From the NCBI GenBank assembly GCA_041236755.1, contig JBERSB010000236.1, positions 1-35,313 of the forward strand: DNA of 35,313 bases, in the 5' to 3' direction. Below are positions 9,086-17,522 of this stretch, piece by piece. The position numbers and the translations under genes are program-made. Source of the DNA: Luminiphilus sp. Its GTDB lineage: Bacteria; Planctomycetota; UBA1135; UBA2386. The number at the start of each line of letters is the position of its first letter. Position 1 is the stretch's first letter. A model generated the notes under the pieces. That model did not search any database. It saw nothing but the letters and a program-made list of their open reading frames with translations, and was not told the DNA's origin.

Positions 9086-10243
9086 TCAGTTGTTGACGTG
9101 CTCGGCGACGCCGTGGCCCCAGCCGTTGTCGCGGCCGGTCGGGCCGGCGTCGTCGGCGTAGTTGATCAGCGTGTTGAGCACGTTGTTCGGGCTGCCGTTC
9201 CAGAGCGCTGCTGCACAGCCCGCGACGTGCGGACAGGCCATCGAGGTCCCGGAGATCGTGTTGTAGCTGCCGTTCTTCCACGTGGACTCGACGTTGTGTC
9301 CGGGCGCCGAGAGCTCGACGTCCGGGTTGCTCGACGAGAAGCACATCAGCGCGTCCATGGCCGTCGGGTCCGTGGTCGTCGCGCCGACGCTCACCACGCT
9401 GCTGTAGTAGGCGGGGTAGTTGATCTCGTTGGTCGAGAGGTTGCAGTCCCCGTCGTTGCCCGCCGCGGCGACCAGGAGGCTGCTGCCGGCGGCGCTGTTG
9501 CACGCGTTCTGCATGGTCGCCGACGTGTAACCGCCGCCGAGGCTCATGCTGATGATGTCCGCGTTGCTCGCAGACCAGTTGATGCCGCTGATGACGTCGG
9601 AGTAGGAGCCGCTGCCGCGACGGTCCAGCACCTTGACGGCGAGCAGCGAGGCGTTGTGGGCGACGCCGACGACGCCGACGGTGTTGTCCGACGCAGCGAC
9701 CGTGCCGGCGCAGTGCGAGCCGTGGCCGTTGTCGTCGTCGGGGGCGCCGTTCTTCACGTAGTTGATGCCGCCCGTGATGTTGGCGATCAGGTCCGGGTGG
9801 TCCATGTCGATGCCGGTGTCGATGATCGCCACCAGGACGTTGCTGACGGGGATGGGGACAGCGCCGCCGACCCGGATGATGCCGGGCGGCGTCGTCTGGC
9901 CGCCACCGCCGCCGCCACCACCGCCGGTGTTGCCACCGCCACCGCCGCCACCGCCACCGCCGCCGCCACCGTTGCCCGGCTTGAACGCGGACACGACGTG
10001 ATCGAACTCGACCGACGCGATCTCACGGTCGCGACGCAGCTGGGCGACGATCGCCGCGGGCACGCGGGCCGTCACGGCTTCCTCGCCGTAGATGTGCTTG
10101 TCGATCCGGACGCCGTGCTCTGCGAGCAGCTGCTGCGAGACGACGTCCTTGAAGGAGATGATGACGGGGACGTCCCGGTCACCCTGGGCGAGCAGAGAAG
10201 AGCCGAGGCAGATCGGGAGGAGGAGCTGGCGAATGGGCTTCAT
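9086..10243 (-). CDS. Secreted subtilisin-family (S8) serine protease with an I9-like propeptide and a poly-Gly linker
   Basis: The signal peptide MKPIRQLLLPICLGSSLLAQG begins at ATG 10243 (the ORF track extends to GTG 10282). Propeptide-like region: VIISFKD...ASVEFDHVV. Catalytic triad motifs: AIIDTGID (Asp), HGSHCAGTVAA (His), SGTSMACPHVAG (Ser). Confidence 0.9.
   Translation of the reverse strand: MKPIRQLLLPICLGSSLLAQGDRDVPVIISFKDVVSQQLLAEHGVRIDKHIYGEEAVTARVPAAIVAQLRRDREIASVEFDHVVSAFKPGNGGGGGGGGGGGGGNTGGGGGGGGGQTTPPGIIRVGGAVPIPVSNVLVAIIDTGIDMDHPDLIANITGGINYVKNGAPDDDNGHGSHCAGTVAASDNTVGVVGVAHNASLLAVKVLDRRGSGSYSDVISGINWSASNADIISMSLGGGYTSATMQNACNSAAGSSLLVAAAGNDGDCNLSTNEINYPAYYSSVVSVGATTTDPTAMDALMCFSSSNPDVELSAPGHNVESTWKNGSYNTISGTSMACPHVAGCAAALWNGSPNNVLNTLINYADDAGPTGRDNGWGHGVAEHVNN
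9899..9970 (-). repeat. (GGY)n low-complexity tract encoding Gly13-Asn-Thr-Gly9 inside the subtilase gene
   Basis: Read directly from the sequence: 13 GGC/GGT codons (9932-9970), then AAC ACC (9926-9931), then 9 GGC/GGT codons (9899-9925). Confidence 0.95.
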
Positions 10244-10452
10244 GAGATTCCGTGTACCTACGTGTTCCATGACGTGACGCACGTCGCGTCGTTACGACGT
10301 AGGTGAGAACCCTAAAGTGCCGTCAGCTCGCGGAATATCCGCACTGGGGCGTATCTCCGCAGAGTCGGGAGCGGCTCCTCAGCACATGCGCGTAGACGCC
10401 GAGCGCACCGCTCGTCGATCACACGGATCGAATCGAATACCGTCGTCGCCGC

Positions 10453-11586
10453 GTGCTACTCCATCCCGAATACGCGCTCCGCGCGCTGTCGCTCGCCGCG
10501 ATCGTGCTCGCAGCAGCCCCGTGCTCGCCGGCCCAGAAGAAGCGGGGCAGCGCGATCGCCAAGGCGGGCCTCGAAGACCGGTTCACGTCGAAGGACCCGG
10601 TCGCGATGGCTAGGCTCGGCGTCGTCGACTACGGCCCGCTCGTGTGGGCTGACAACAAGCGGACGACCGACATCGAGAAGGTGCTGGGCGAAGGCCGGTT
10701 CCTCTGGATGGAAACGGAGCACTTCAAGATCGGGAGCAGCTTCGGGTTTGCGGCGGCGCCGAAGAACCCCCAGGCCCGACGACTGCTCAAGGAGGAGCTG
10801 AAGCGGCTCCACAAGAAGTGCTCCAAGATCCCCGCGAGCGCCAGCAAGCTCGACCCGTGGCTGCGCCTGCACCTCTACGCGCAGCGCGCCGAGGAGCTGT
10901 ATCACGAGTTCGCCGAGCTGGCGGGCAAGGCCGAAGGCGGGGCGCGTCTGGGCGAGAAGCAGAAGGTCCTGCTGCTCCTGTTCGAGCAGCGCTCCGACCT
11001 CGCGCGCTACTTCAAGTCGTTCTGCGGTCGCGAGACGCAGATGTCGCAGCGCCACACCCACTACGGGACCGGCCACCAGGCGCTGATCATGACGGCGGAG
11101 GGGGACGACGGTTTCCGTGACTCGGAGACCTTGCACGCGCAGTTCCGCTACCACGTGATGCAGCTGTTCACGAGCGTCGCGGGCGGCGGGCCGCTCTGGC
11201 TGCAGTACGGCCTCGCGCACGCCTACGAGCGCATGGTGCCGTGCAACATGATCAACTGCGGGGTGCGCGCCGACGAGAACGTAGACCGGACCAAGCTCTA
11301 CGAGTGGGACGAGAAGATCCGCAAGCGCGTCAAGCACGAGGCGCTCGTGATCCCGTTCGAGAAGCTGACGCGCGAGGTCGACCTCGGCTACTACGGCCAC
11401 CTGCAGGCGTGGGCGCGGGTCGAGTGGATGCTGCAGGACCGCGCGCGCTTCTCGCAGTTCCTCGGGCAGGTGTTGGGCGCGCCGTCACGATCGCGGCAGG
11501 TGGCCGCGCTGATGCAGGTCTACGACCTGAAGCCCGCGGAGTTCGACGACGCGTGGCGGGAGTGGTGCCAGAAGCACTACAAGTAG
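10453..11586 (+). CDS. Exported hypothetical protein, possibly a degenerate peptidase-MA-like (DUF1570-like) fold
   Basis: 377 aa with a GTG start and N-terminal hydrophobic signal ALSLAAIVLAAAPCSPAQ. Strong GC3 bias. Motif WMETEHFKI is present. The region RYHVMQLF...PLWLQYGLAHAYE resembles HExxH...WLxEGLAxY of MA-like peptidases, but the catalytic residues are substituted. Confidence 0.6.
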   Translation: MLLHPEYALRALSLAAIVLAAAPCSPAQKKRGSAIAKAGLEDRFTSKDPVAMARLGVVDYGPLVWADNKRTTDIEKVLGEGRFLWMETEHFKIGSSFGFAAAPKNPQARRLLKEELKRLHKKCSKIPASASKLDPWLRLHLYAQRAEELYHEFAELAGKAEGGARLGEKQKVLLLLFEQRSDLARYFKSFCGRETQMSQRHTHYGTGHQALIMTAEGDDGFRDSETLHAQFRYHVMQLFTSVAGGGPLWLQYGLAHAYERMVPCNMINCGVRADENVDRTKLYEWDEKIRKRVKHEALVIPFEKLTREVDLGYYGHLQAWARVEWMLQDRARFSQFLGQVLGAPSRSRQVAALMQVYDLKPAEFDDAWREWCQKHYK

Positions 11587-11602
11587 CCGCCGTAGAGCGT
11601 GG

Positions 11603-12865
11603 CTACATCAGGCGGTACTCGACCGCGTGCCGCTCGCCGTCGCGCACGTACTCGACGAACAGCCGGGTCGGCCGCGCGCGGCTGCAGAGCTTGCGCGCGA
11701 CCGCGAGCAGCGACGCTGCGCTCTCGACGGCGACGCCGTTGACCGACGTGATCACTGCCTCGGCAGGAATGGCGAGCGGCGCCAGCGCGTCGGGGACGCG
11801 CGCGAGGCGGTAGCCGGAGAACCACTTGCCGTCCTTGTCCTGGCCGCGGAACGGGTCGCCGATGCTGGACTGCTCGAGCGCTTGCACGCCTGCTGCGGCG
11901 ACCGCGTCGCGCTCGGCGCCAGGGAACAGCTGGATGATCGTGTCGTTCAGGTTCCGGATCGCCGGGAACAGGTGCTTGCCGGCGAGGTCGGCCCACGCGC
12001 GCAGCGCCGCCGCGTCCTCGGGCGGCGGCGCGAGGTCGGCCGGGCCGATCGACTGGATCAGCGCGATCGCCGCGTCCTTCACCGCCTCGTCGTCGTCCTC
12101 CAGCAGCTGTTGGACCCGGGGCAGCGCGGGCTCGAGCCACGCCTGGGCGAGGTCGATGCGTACGTCGAACACCTGACGCAGGAACCACAGCCCCTGCGCG
12201 CGGTCGATCGCGGCCTCGCAGTCGAGCAGCTGGAAGAACGGAACGAGCCGGAGCGAGTGGAGGTGGTCGCGCTCGTCGGGGGCGCGCGTGAGGCCGCGCG
12301 CCTTGGCGGCGGGCGAGCCGACCTGCGGCATGTTGGCGACGACCAGCGCGCGCTCCTCGTCCGTCAGGTCGCCGAAGCGGCGGCCGAGGTGGGCGCGCAA
12401 GAACGCCGCTGCCCGCGGCAGCGCCATCTCGCGGGTCGCGCGCACCGGCTCGCCGGGGATGTGGCTGATCAGCTCCATGACGTAGCCGATGTTGTCGCAG
12501 TAGAAGCTGCCGAAGTAGGCGGTCCTGCGCTGTCCGCCGTCGCGGTGCAGCCGCATCATCTGCGCGAGCAGGCCCGCGTCGATGCCGAGCTGCTGCACCC
12601 TGTCGTGCGCCGCGCGCCACGCGTCGTGGTCGACGACCTGCCGGCCCTTGTCGTCGTAGCGGGCCTTCTCGGGCATCTTGTCGGCGATGCCCTGCATGAT
12701 CCGAAGGTTGCGGAACAACTCGTCGGGCGGCGCGTAGACGTCGGCCGGCGAGCGGAACGGCGACAGGATGTCGCGCTCCGGGTAGCCGCAGCGCAGCGGC
12801 TCCTGCGAGACCGCAGCGGGCGCCAACAGCGCTGTGAGCAGGGTCGTCCGGGAAGCGACGTTCAT
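11603..12865 (-). CDS. Exported hypothetical protein with a C-terminal PDZ-like domain
   Basis: 420 aa with signal peptide MNVASRTTLLTALLAPAAVSQ. The C-terminus GYRLARVP...IPAEAVITSVNGVAVESAASLLAVARKL...LFVEYVRDGERHAVEY has a PDZ-like pattern. The N-terminal 300 aa are helical and belong to no family I recognise. Confidence 0.65.
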   Translation of the reverse strand: MNVASRTTLLTALLAPAAVSQEPLRCGYPERDILSPFRSPADVYAPPDELFRNLRIMQGIADKMPEKARYDDKGRQVVDHDAWRAAHDRVQQLGIDAGLLAQMMRLHRDGGQRRTAYFGSFYCDNIGYVMELISHIPGEPVRATREMALPRAAAFLRAHLGRRFGDLTDEERALVVANMPQVGSPAAKARGLTRAPDERDHLHSLRLVPFFQLLDCEAAIDRAQGLWFLRQVFDVRIDLAQAWLEPALPRVQQLLEDDDEAVKDAAIALIQSIGPADLAPPPEDAAALRAWADLAGKHLFPAIRNLNDTIIQLFPGAERDAVAAAGVQALEQSSIGDPFRGQDKDGKWFSGYRLARVPDALAPLAIPAEAVITSVNGVAVESAASLLAVARKLCSRARPTRLFVEYVRDGERHAVEYRLM

Positions 12866-12914
12866 GGGTGCTGCGTGCTAGTCCTCGAGGGGTGGGGTCG
12901 TAACGGCCTGCCGG

Positions 12915-13529
12915 TCAGCTCCTGAGCATCAGGAACCCGACCTGGGCGAGCCCTATCAGGGCGCCGAGCAGTCCGCCGAGCACGACGATCGCGCGCAGCT
13001 CGCGGCTGGCGACCTCGAGGATGAGCCGCTCGAGCTTGAGGACCTCGAAGGCGGCGACCTTCTCCTCGACGAGCTGAGGCACGTCGAGGCCCTTGCTCAG
13101 GCCCTTCTCGACCTCGTCGAGCACCTCCTCGCGGTGCTCCATGATGCTGTCGGTGATCGACTGCTTGATGTCGACGATCCGCTCCTCGGTCAAGAAGCCC
13201 CCGATCAGCGGCAGGCTCCTCAGCTCCTGGATCTTCGGGCCGAGGCCGCGGTCGAGCACCTTGCCCAGCACGCCGCCGAAGTCGAGCTTGTTCAGGCTCT
13301 TGACCACGTCCTTGTGTTCGACGAGGTGGTTGCCGACGACGCGACCGATCGCCTTGGCGAGGTCCTGCTGGCGCCGCGCGATCAGCCCGTGCAGGCGGAA
13401 GAACAGGATCCTGCGCGGCTTGACCGGCCGGAAGATCATCTTCACGGCGAGCCAGTTGGTGCTCAGCCCGATCACTCCGCCGATGGCGGGGATCGTGATC
13501 CAGGTCCAGACGTCGGGTGCGGTCGGCAT
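12915..13529 (-). CDS. DUF445 / UPF0754 (YheB-like) membrane protein
   Basis: 204 aa. The N-terminal motif IGGVIGLSTNWLAVKMIFRPVKP is characteristic of the DUF445 family. The C-terminus has a TM helix, VVLGGLLGALIGLAQVGFLML. Confidence 0.75.
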   Translation of the reverse strand: MPTAPDVWTWITIPAIGGVIGLSTNWLAVKMIFRPVKPRRILFFRLHGLIARRQQDLAKAIGRVVGNHLVEHKDVVKSLNKLDFGGVLGKVLDRGLGPKIQELRSLPLIGGFLTEERIVDIKQSITDSIMEHREEVLDEVEKGLSKGLDVPQLVEEKVAAFEVLKLERLILEVASRELRAIVVLGGLLGALIGLAQVGFLMLRS

Positions 13530-13600
13530 TCGGGGCGAACAGTATGGCCACCCCGGCCCGACGGCTCAACGGTTGCGCGCCCCGCGGCTCGCCGTTGCGC

Positions 13601-15142
13601 CTAGTAGCGGATCGTCTCCACCGTGGAGAGCGTCGTGCTCGCGCCCTGGCCGCCGAACAGCGCCAGCGTGCCGTCGGGCAGCAGGCTCGCGACGTGGCTG
13701 GCCCGCGGACCGTCCAGCGACGGCGCGCCGCTCCAGGAGTTGCTCGCCGGGTTGAACAAGTGCACGTCGGCGATCGAGACCGGGGCGGTCAGCAGACCCT
13801 GCGCGCCGCCGCAGACGGCGACCCGGCCGTCGGCGAGGACCGTCGCCGAGTGCAGCGCGCGGCTGACCGGCATGTTGACGGTCTGCCAGCTGTTGCTCGC
13901 GGGGTTGTAGAGCTCGGCGCCGTTGATCGGCGCGGCGTTGGTCGCGCCGAGGAGGCTCGGGACGTTGACCCCTCCGGTCATCAGGATGCGGCCGTCGTTG
14001 AGCCGGACCTGGTTGTACTGGTGGCCAGCGCGGCCCTGGGCCATGTTCGGCCCGCTCGACCAGCCGCCGTTGGACCAGCGCTGGACGTTGGTCGTGCTGA
14101 CCGCCGAGACCGGGATGCCGAAGAAGAACCCGATCTGCACGCCTCCCGAGACCATCACCTGGCCGTTGGGCAGCAGCGACAGCGCGGGCGCGAGCCGGCG
14201 GCCGCCGATCGACGCCGTGCCCGACCAGGAGCCGGTCGCCGGGTTGTAGATCTCCGCGCTGTTGAGCGTGCCGGTGACCACGTCGGTCACGTTGCTGCTC
14301 AGCGTGTCGGTGCCGCCGGCGACCATCACGCGTCCGTCGGCCATCAGCGCCGCGCCGTGCAGCACGCGCGGCGTGCCCATCGAGCCGGTGCCCGAGAAGC
14401 TGTTGGTCGCGGGGTCGTAGATCTCGCAGCTCGACAGCGTGTTCGCGTTCTGGTCGGCGCCGCCGATGACCAGCACGCGCCCGTCGTTGAGGCGCACGGC
14501 CGAGTGCAGCACACGCGCGGTGCTCATCGACGGACCGGCGGACATCTTCATCGTGCGGAAGTTCCAGAGCTCGGACGACGCGAGCCCGGTCGCGCTCGTC
14601 AGGGTCCCGGAGCCTCCGCCCGTGACCAGCACGTCGCCGCCGCTGGCGTTGTTGTCGGTGTCGACCAGCGCGGCGGCGAACGCCCGCGCGGTGGTCAGTC
14701 CGGACGGCGCGATGACGCCTTCGTCAGGGTTGCCGAGCAGCGTCACGGCGGGGTTGCTGATCTGCCCGACGAACGTCGCGCCGAGCGCGAGCGTCAGGGC
14801 CTGCCAGTTGAGCTGTGCGCCGCTCAGGCTCGCGGTGTTGGGCAGCGGGAGCGAGTAGGCGTAGCCGCCCGTCGGCCCGGTCACGAACAGCGGTGCTACG
14901 GAGAGCAGCTCGACGCCGACGGAGAGCACGCGGGGGTCGGCCGGATCGACGAGGGCCAGCGGCGTCGGCCCGGCCGTGGCCGAAGGGATCAGCAGGCCCA
15001 ACGACAGCGCCGGTGCTCCGACGATCTCGAGGTCGAGCGGGTCCCCGAGGCGTCCTCCGGTCCTCTTCTCGAGATCGAAGTCCGACTGTGCAGTCAGGGA
15101 AGCAGCGGCGAAGGTCAGACAGGCGAGCAGCTTGGCGTGCAT
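13601..15142 (-). CDS. Secreted Kelch-repeat beta-propeller protein
   Basis: 513 aa with signal peptide MHAKLLACLTFAAASLTAQS. Units of roughly 50 aa recur (ARVLHSAVRLNDGRVLVIGG...CEIYDPATNSF; PRVLHGAALMADGRVMVAGG...AEIYNPATGSW; GRAGHQYNQVRLNDGRILMTGG...AELYNPASNSW; SRALHSATVLADGRVAVCGG...VHLFNPASNSW). Confidence 0.85.
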   Translation of the reverse strand: MHAKLLACLTFAAASLTAQSDFDLEKRTGGRLGDPLDLEIVGAPALSLGLLIPSATAGPTPLALVDPADPRVLSVGVELLSVAPLFVTGPTGGYAYSLPLPNTASLSGAQLNWQALTLALGATFVGQISNPAVTLLGNPDEGVIAPSGLTTARAFAAALVDTDNNASGGDVLVTGGGSGTLTSATGLASSELWNFRTMKMSAGPSMSTARVLHSAVRLNDGRVLVIGGADQNANTLSSCEIYDPATNSFSGTGSMGTPRVLHGAALMADGRVMVAGGTDTLSSNVTDVVTGTLNSAEIYNPATGSWSGTASIGGRRLAPALSLLPNGQVMVSGGVQIGFFFGIPVSAVSTTNVQRWSNGGWSSGPNMAQGRAGHQYNQVRLNDGRILMTGGVNVPSLLGATNAAPINGAELYNPASNSWQTVNMPVSRALHSATVLADGRVAVCGGAQGLLTAPVSIADVHLFNPASNSWSGAPSLDGPRASHVASLLPDGTLALFGGQGASTTLSTVETIRY

Positions 15143-15361
15143 GGGGAACTCGGGGGTGGGGACCGGGACGCGGGCGAGCCCTTGGTCAGCAGGTGCGAGG
15201 TCATGTCATCTTACCGCTTCGCGCGGCTCGGTTGCGGGGCGGTGCCCGTCCGCGAATCCGGATGCCCACGGCATGGGGACTTGCGGGGCGAGATCACGGG
15301 GGGACGATGCTGCGGCGCGTCGGAACACGGGCGTATCTCCGCAACCTCGAAGTCGAAGCCC

Positions 15362-16429
15362 ATGCGAACCTTGCTCCTCCGTTCCCTTGTGTGTTCGCGC
15401 CTGCTCCTCGCCGGGCTGCTCCTCGCGGTCGCCGCGCCGCGCGCGCAGTCGTGGGATCCGCGCCCCAGCGAGAAGCTCGAGGCGCTCGCCCCGTTCGTGG
15501 GCAGCTGGCGCGGCGAGGGCAGGATGATCGAGCCCGGCGGCGTCGAGACGCCGTGGACTTCGCACAGCACCTACCGATGGGCGCTGAACGGGCACTTCCT
15601 GCAGGAGGACTTCACGATCACCATGCAGGGGCTCTCGACGCCGATGGTGATCCGCAGCTACGTCGGCTGGGACCGCGAGCACAGCCGCTACGTCGCGGTG
15701 ACGGTGCGCAGCGAAGGCGTCGCCGCGCTCAACGAGGTCCACCTGCTCGGCAGCGGCGAGATGCTGACGGTGCAGACGCACCACCTGCAGGGCGTGCCCT
15801 ACCAGGAGCGGGCGCGCGTCGTCGTCGACGGCGACGTGATGAAGATGCGCATCGACATGCTGCTGCACGAAGGAGACTCGCTGCAGGTGATCGACGGCGT
15901 CATGAAGCGCTGTGAGGATGCGTTCGACGGGGACTGGGACACGCCGACGTGGATGGGCGCGCAGCCCACAGCGCCGATGGCGAAGCTGGCGCGGATGGCT
16001 GGCTCCTACGTGACCAAGGGCGAGATGGCGATGGCGCCCGGGGCGCCGATGACGGAGATCGCCGGCGCGGACCGCTGGGACATGGTCTTCGGCGGAACGG
16101 TCATGCAGTGCCGCACCGAAGGCCAGGCCGGCGGCGGCGGCGGCGCGACCTACGAGTGCTACGCGTACTGGGCTTGGGACGCGCACCGCCGGCGTCTGCG
16201 CAACGTCTACGTCGACAACATGGGCATGGTCGGCGCGATGGACGGGTGGTGGCACCAGGACAAGCTGGTCAGCACGATGGCCGGGCTGTCGATGGGCACG
16301 CCGACGACGCAGCGCTTCGTGATCCACGTGGACGCCGACGGGGTGACGACCGGCTGCGAAGGGCACACGGCCATGGGCCTGATGGAGCCGTTCTTGAGCT
16401 TCCGCATGAAGTTCGAGAAGCAGAAGTAG
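15362..16429 (+). CDS. Secreted protein with two tandem DUF1579-like (lipocalin-like barrel) domains
   Basis: The real start is ATG 15362 (MRTLLLRSLVCSRLLLAGLLLAVAAPRAQS). The upstream part of track ORF 13517..16429 is the antisense shadow of the Kelch gene. The domain signature occurs twice (LAPFVGSWRGEGRM...YRWALNGHFLQ and LARMAGSYVTKGEM...WDMVFGGTVMQ). Confidence 0.65.
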   Translation: MRTLLLRSLVCSRLLLAGLLLAVAAPRAQSWDPRPSEKLEALAPFVGSWRGEGRMIEPGGVETPWTSHSTYRWALNGHFLQEDFTITMQGLSTPMVIRSYVGWDREHSRYVAVTVRSEGVAALNEVHLLGSGEMLTVQTHHLQGVPYQERARVVVDGDVMKMRIDMLLHEGDSLQVIDGVMKRCEDAFDGDWDTPTWMGAQPTAPMAKLARMAGSYVTKGEMAMAPGAPMTEIAGADRWDMVFGGTVMQCRTEGQAGGGGGATYECYAYWAWDAHRRRLRNVYVDNMGMVGAMDGWWHQDKLVSTMAGLSMGTPTTQRFVIHVDADGVTTGCEGHTAMGLMEPFLSFRMKFEKQK

Positions 16430-16504
16430 CAGCCCGACAAGGGCCGCAGCCGGGTAGCTGCACGCGGCGGGGGCATCGGGTCGGCGCCCTGCTAGGATCC
16501 TGCG

Positions 16505-17509
16505 ATGCTGTCCTTCGAGCAGATGATCCAGGCGGTCGACTCGCACACCGCAGGCGAGCCGACGCGCGTTGTCACCGGCGGGCTGCCGCAGGTCCCGGGC
16601 GCGACGATGGCCGAGAAGCGCGACGCGCTGCAGCGTGACCACGATCATCTGCGTCGCGCCCTGGTGCTCGAGCCGCGCGGTCACGACGCCGTGATCGTTG
16701 CCTACCTGCTGCCACCGACGCGCGAGGACGCCGACCTCGGCGTGGTCTTCGTCAACGACGCGGGCTACCTCGGTATGTGCGGGCACGGCTCGATCGGCCT
16801 CGCGACGACGGCGGTGGCGATGGGCATGGTCAAGCCGGTCGAGCCCTACACGACGATCCGGCTCGACACGACCGTCGGGCTGGTCGAGTGCAAGGTGCGC
16901 GTCGAGGGCGGCCGGCCGAAGAGCGTGACGATCACCAACGTGCCGTCGTTCCTCTACAGGCAGCGGGTCCGCGTGCCGGTGCACGGCTTCGGCGACGTGG
17001 CGGTGGACATCGCGTACGGCGGCAATTGGTTCGGCTTCGTCGAGGCCGACCAGCTGGGCCTGATGGTCGAGAAGGCGCACCTGCCGGTTCTGATGCAGGC
17101 GGCTACCGCGATCCGCGAGTCGCTGGTGCGCGAAGGGGTGCGCTGCGTGCACCCGGAGATCGGCACCGAGGACATCGTCGACCACATCAAGCTGTTCGTA
17201 CCGCTGGACGGCGACCGGCCGGGCGCGCGCGCGCTGACGCTTTGCCCCGGTACGGCCTACGACCGTTCACCTTGCGGGACCGGCACGTCGGCCAAGCTCG
17301 CGGTCGTGCACGCCAAGGGGGAGCTCGGCGTCGACGAGTGGTTCGACAGCGACAGCGTGCTCGGCACGCGGTTCGAGGCGCGCGTGCTCGGCACGACCAA
17401 GGTCGGCGAGTTCGACGCGGTGATCCCGGAGATCACCGGGTCGGCGTGGATCACGAGCATCGCGACGCACGTGATCGACCCGGACGACCCGTGCCGCTAC
17501 GGGAGCTGA
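16505..17509 (+). CDS. Proline racemase family enzyme (proline racemase or 4-hydroxyproline 2-epimerase; both catalytic Cys present)
   Basis: 334 aa. DSHTAGEPTRVV is at the N-terminus. The first catalytic Cys is in GYLGMCGHGSIG and the second in DRSPCGTGTSAK. This Cys/Cys pair is the racemase/epimerase type, not the dehydratase type. Confidence 0.9.
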   Translation: MLSFEQMIQAVDSHTAGEPTRVVTGGLPQVPGATMAEKRDALQRDHDHLRRALVLEPRGHDAVIVAYLLPPTREDADLGVVFVNDAGYLGMCGHGSIGLATTAVAMGMVKPVEPYTTIRLDTTVGLVECKVRVEGGRPKSVTITNVPSFLYRQRVRVPVHGFGDVAVDIAYGGNWFGFVEADQLGLMVEKAHLPVLMQAATAIRESLVREGVRCVHPEIGTEDIVDHIKLFVPLDGDRPGARALTLCPGTAYDRSPCGTGTSAKLAVVHAKGELGVDEWFDSDSVLGTRFEARVLGTTKVGEFDAVIPEITGSAWITSIATHVIDPDDPCRYGS

Positions 17510-17522
17510 TCGGCCGCGCCGG

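Noticed and set aside
6238-9096. A 952-aa + strand ORF spanning the ABC-F gene, the helical-repeat gene and the end of the subtilase gene.
   Set aside because: It is antisense to three well-supported minus-strand genes. It is Arg/Ala/Gly/Leu/Val-rich with no recognisable motifs. It is the typical stop-free shadow frame of a genome at about 70% GC.
10347-10361. An exact 15-mer, GGGCGTATCTCCGCA, is shared by two divergent promoter regions (10347-10361 and 15329-15343). Each has a GGAA(T/C) a little upstream, which hints at a shared operator or an ECF-type promoter.
   Set aside because: One exact 15-mer match is about what chance predicts among all position pairs in 35 kb on both strands. Spacing to the GGAA element (13 vs 5 nt to the CGTA within the shared 15-mer) and to the start codons (about 92 vs about 19 nt) is inconsistent, and no proper -35/-10 spacing can be derived.
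10427-10438. A tandem ATCGAATCGAAT, reminiscent of a tRNA T-loop (TTCGAAT). I also checked the other intergenic regions for tRNA or tRNA-Sec genes.
   Set aside because: No flanking acceptor or T-stem complementarity and no cloverleaf could be built here or in the 23745-24226 spacer. I conclude there is no tRNA gene in the window.
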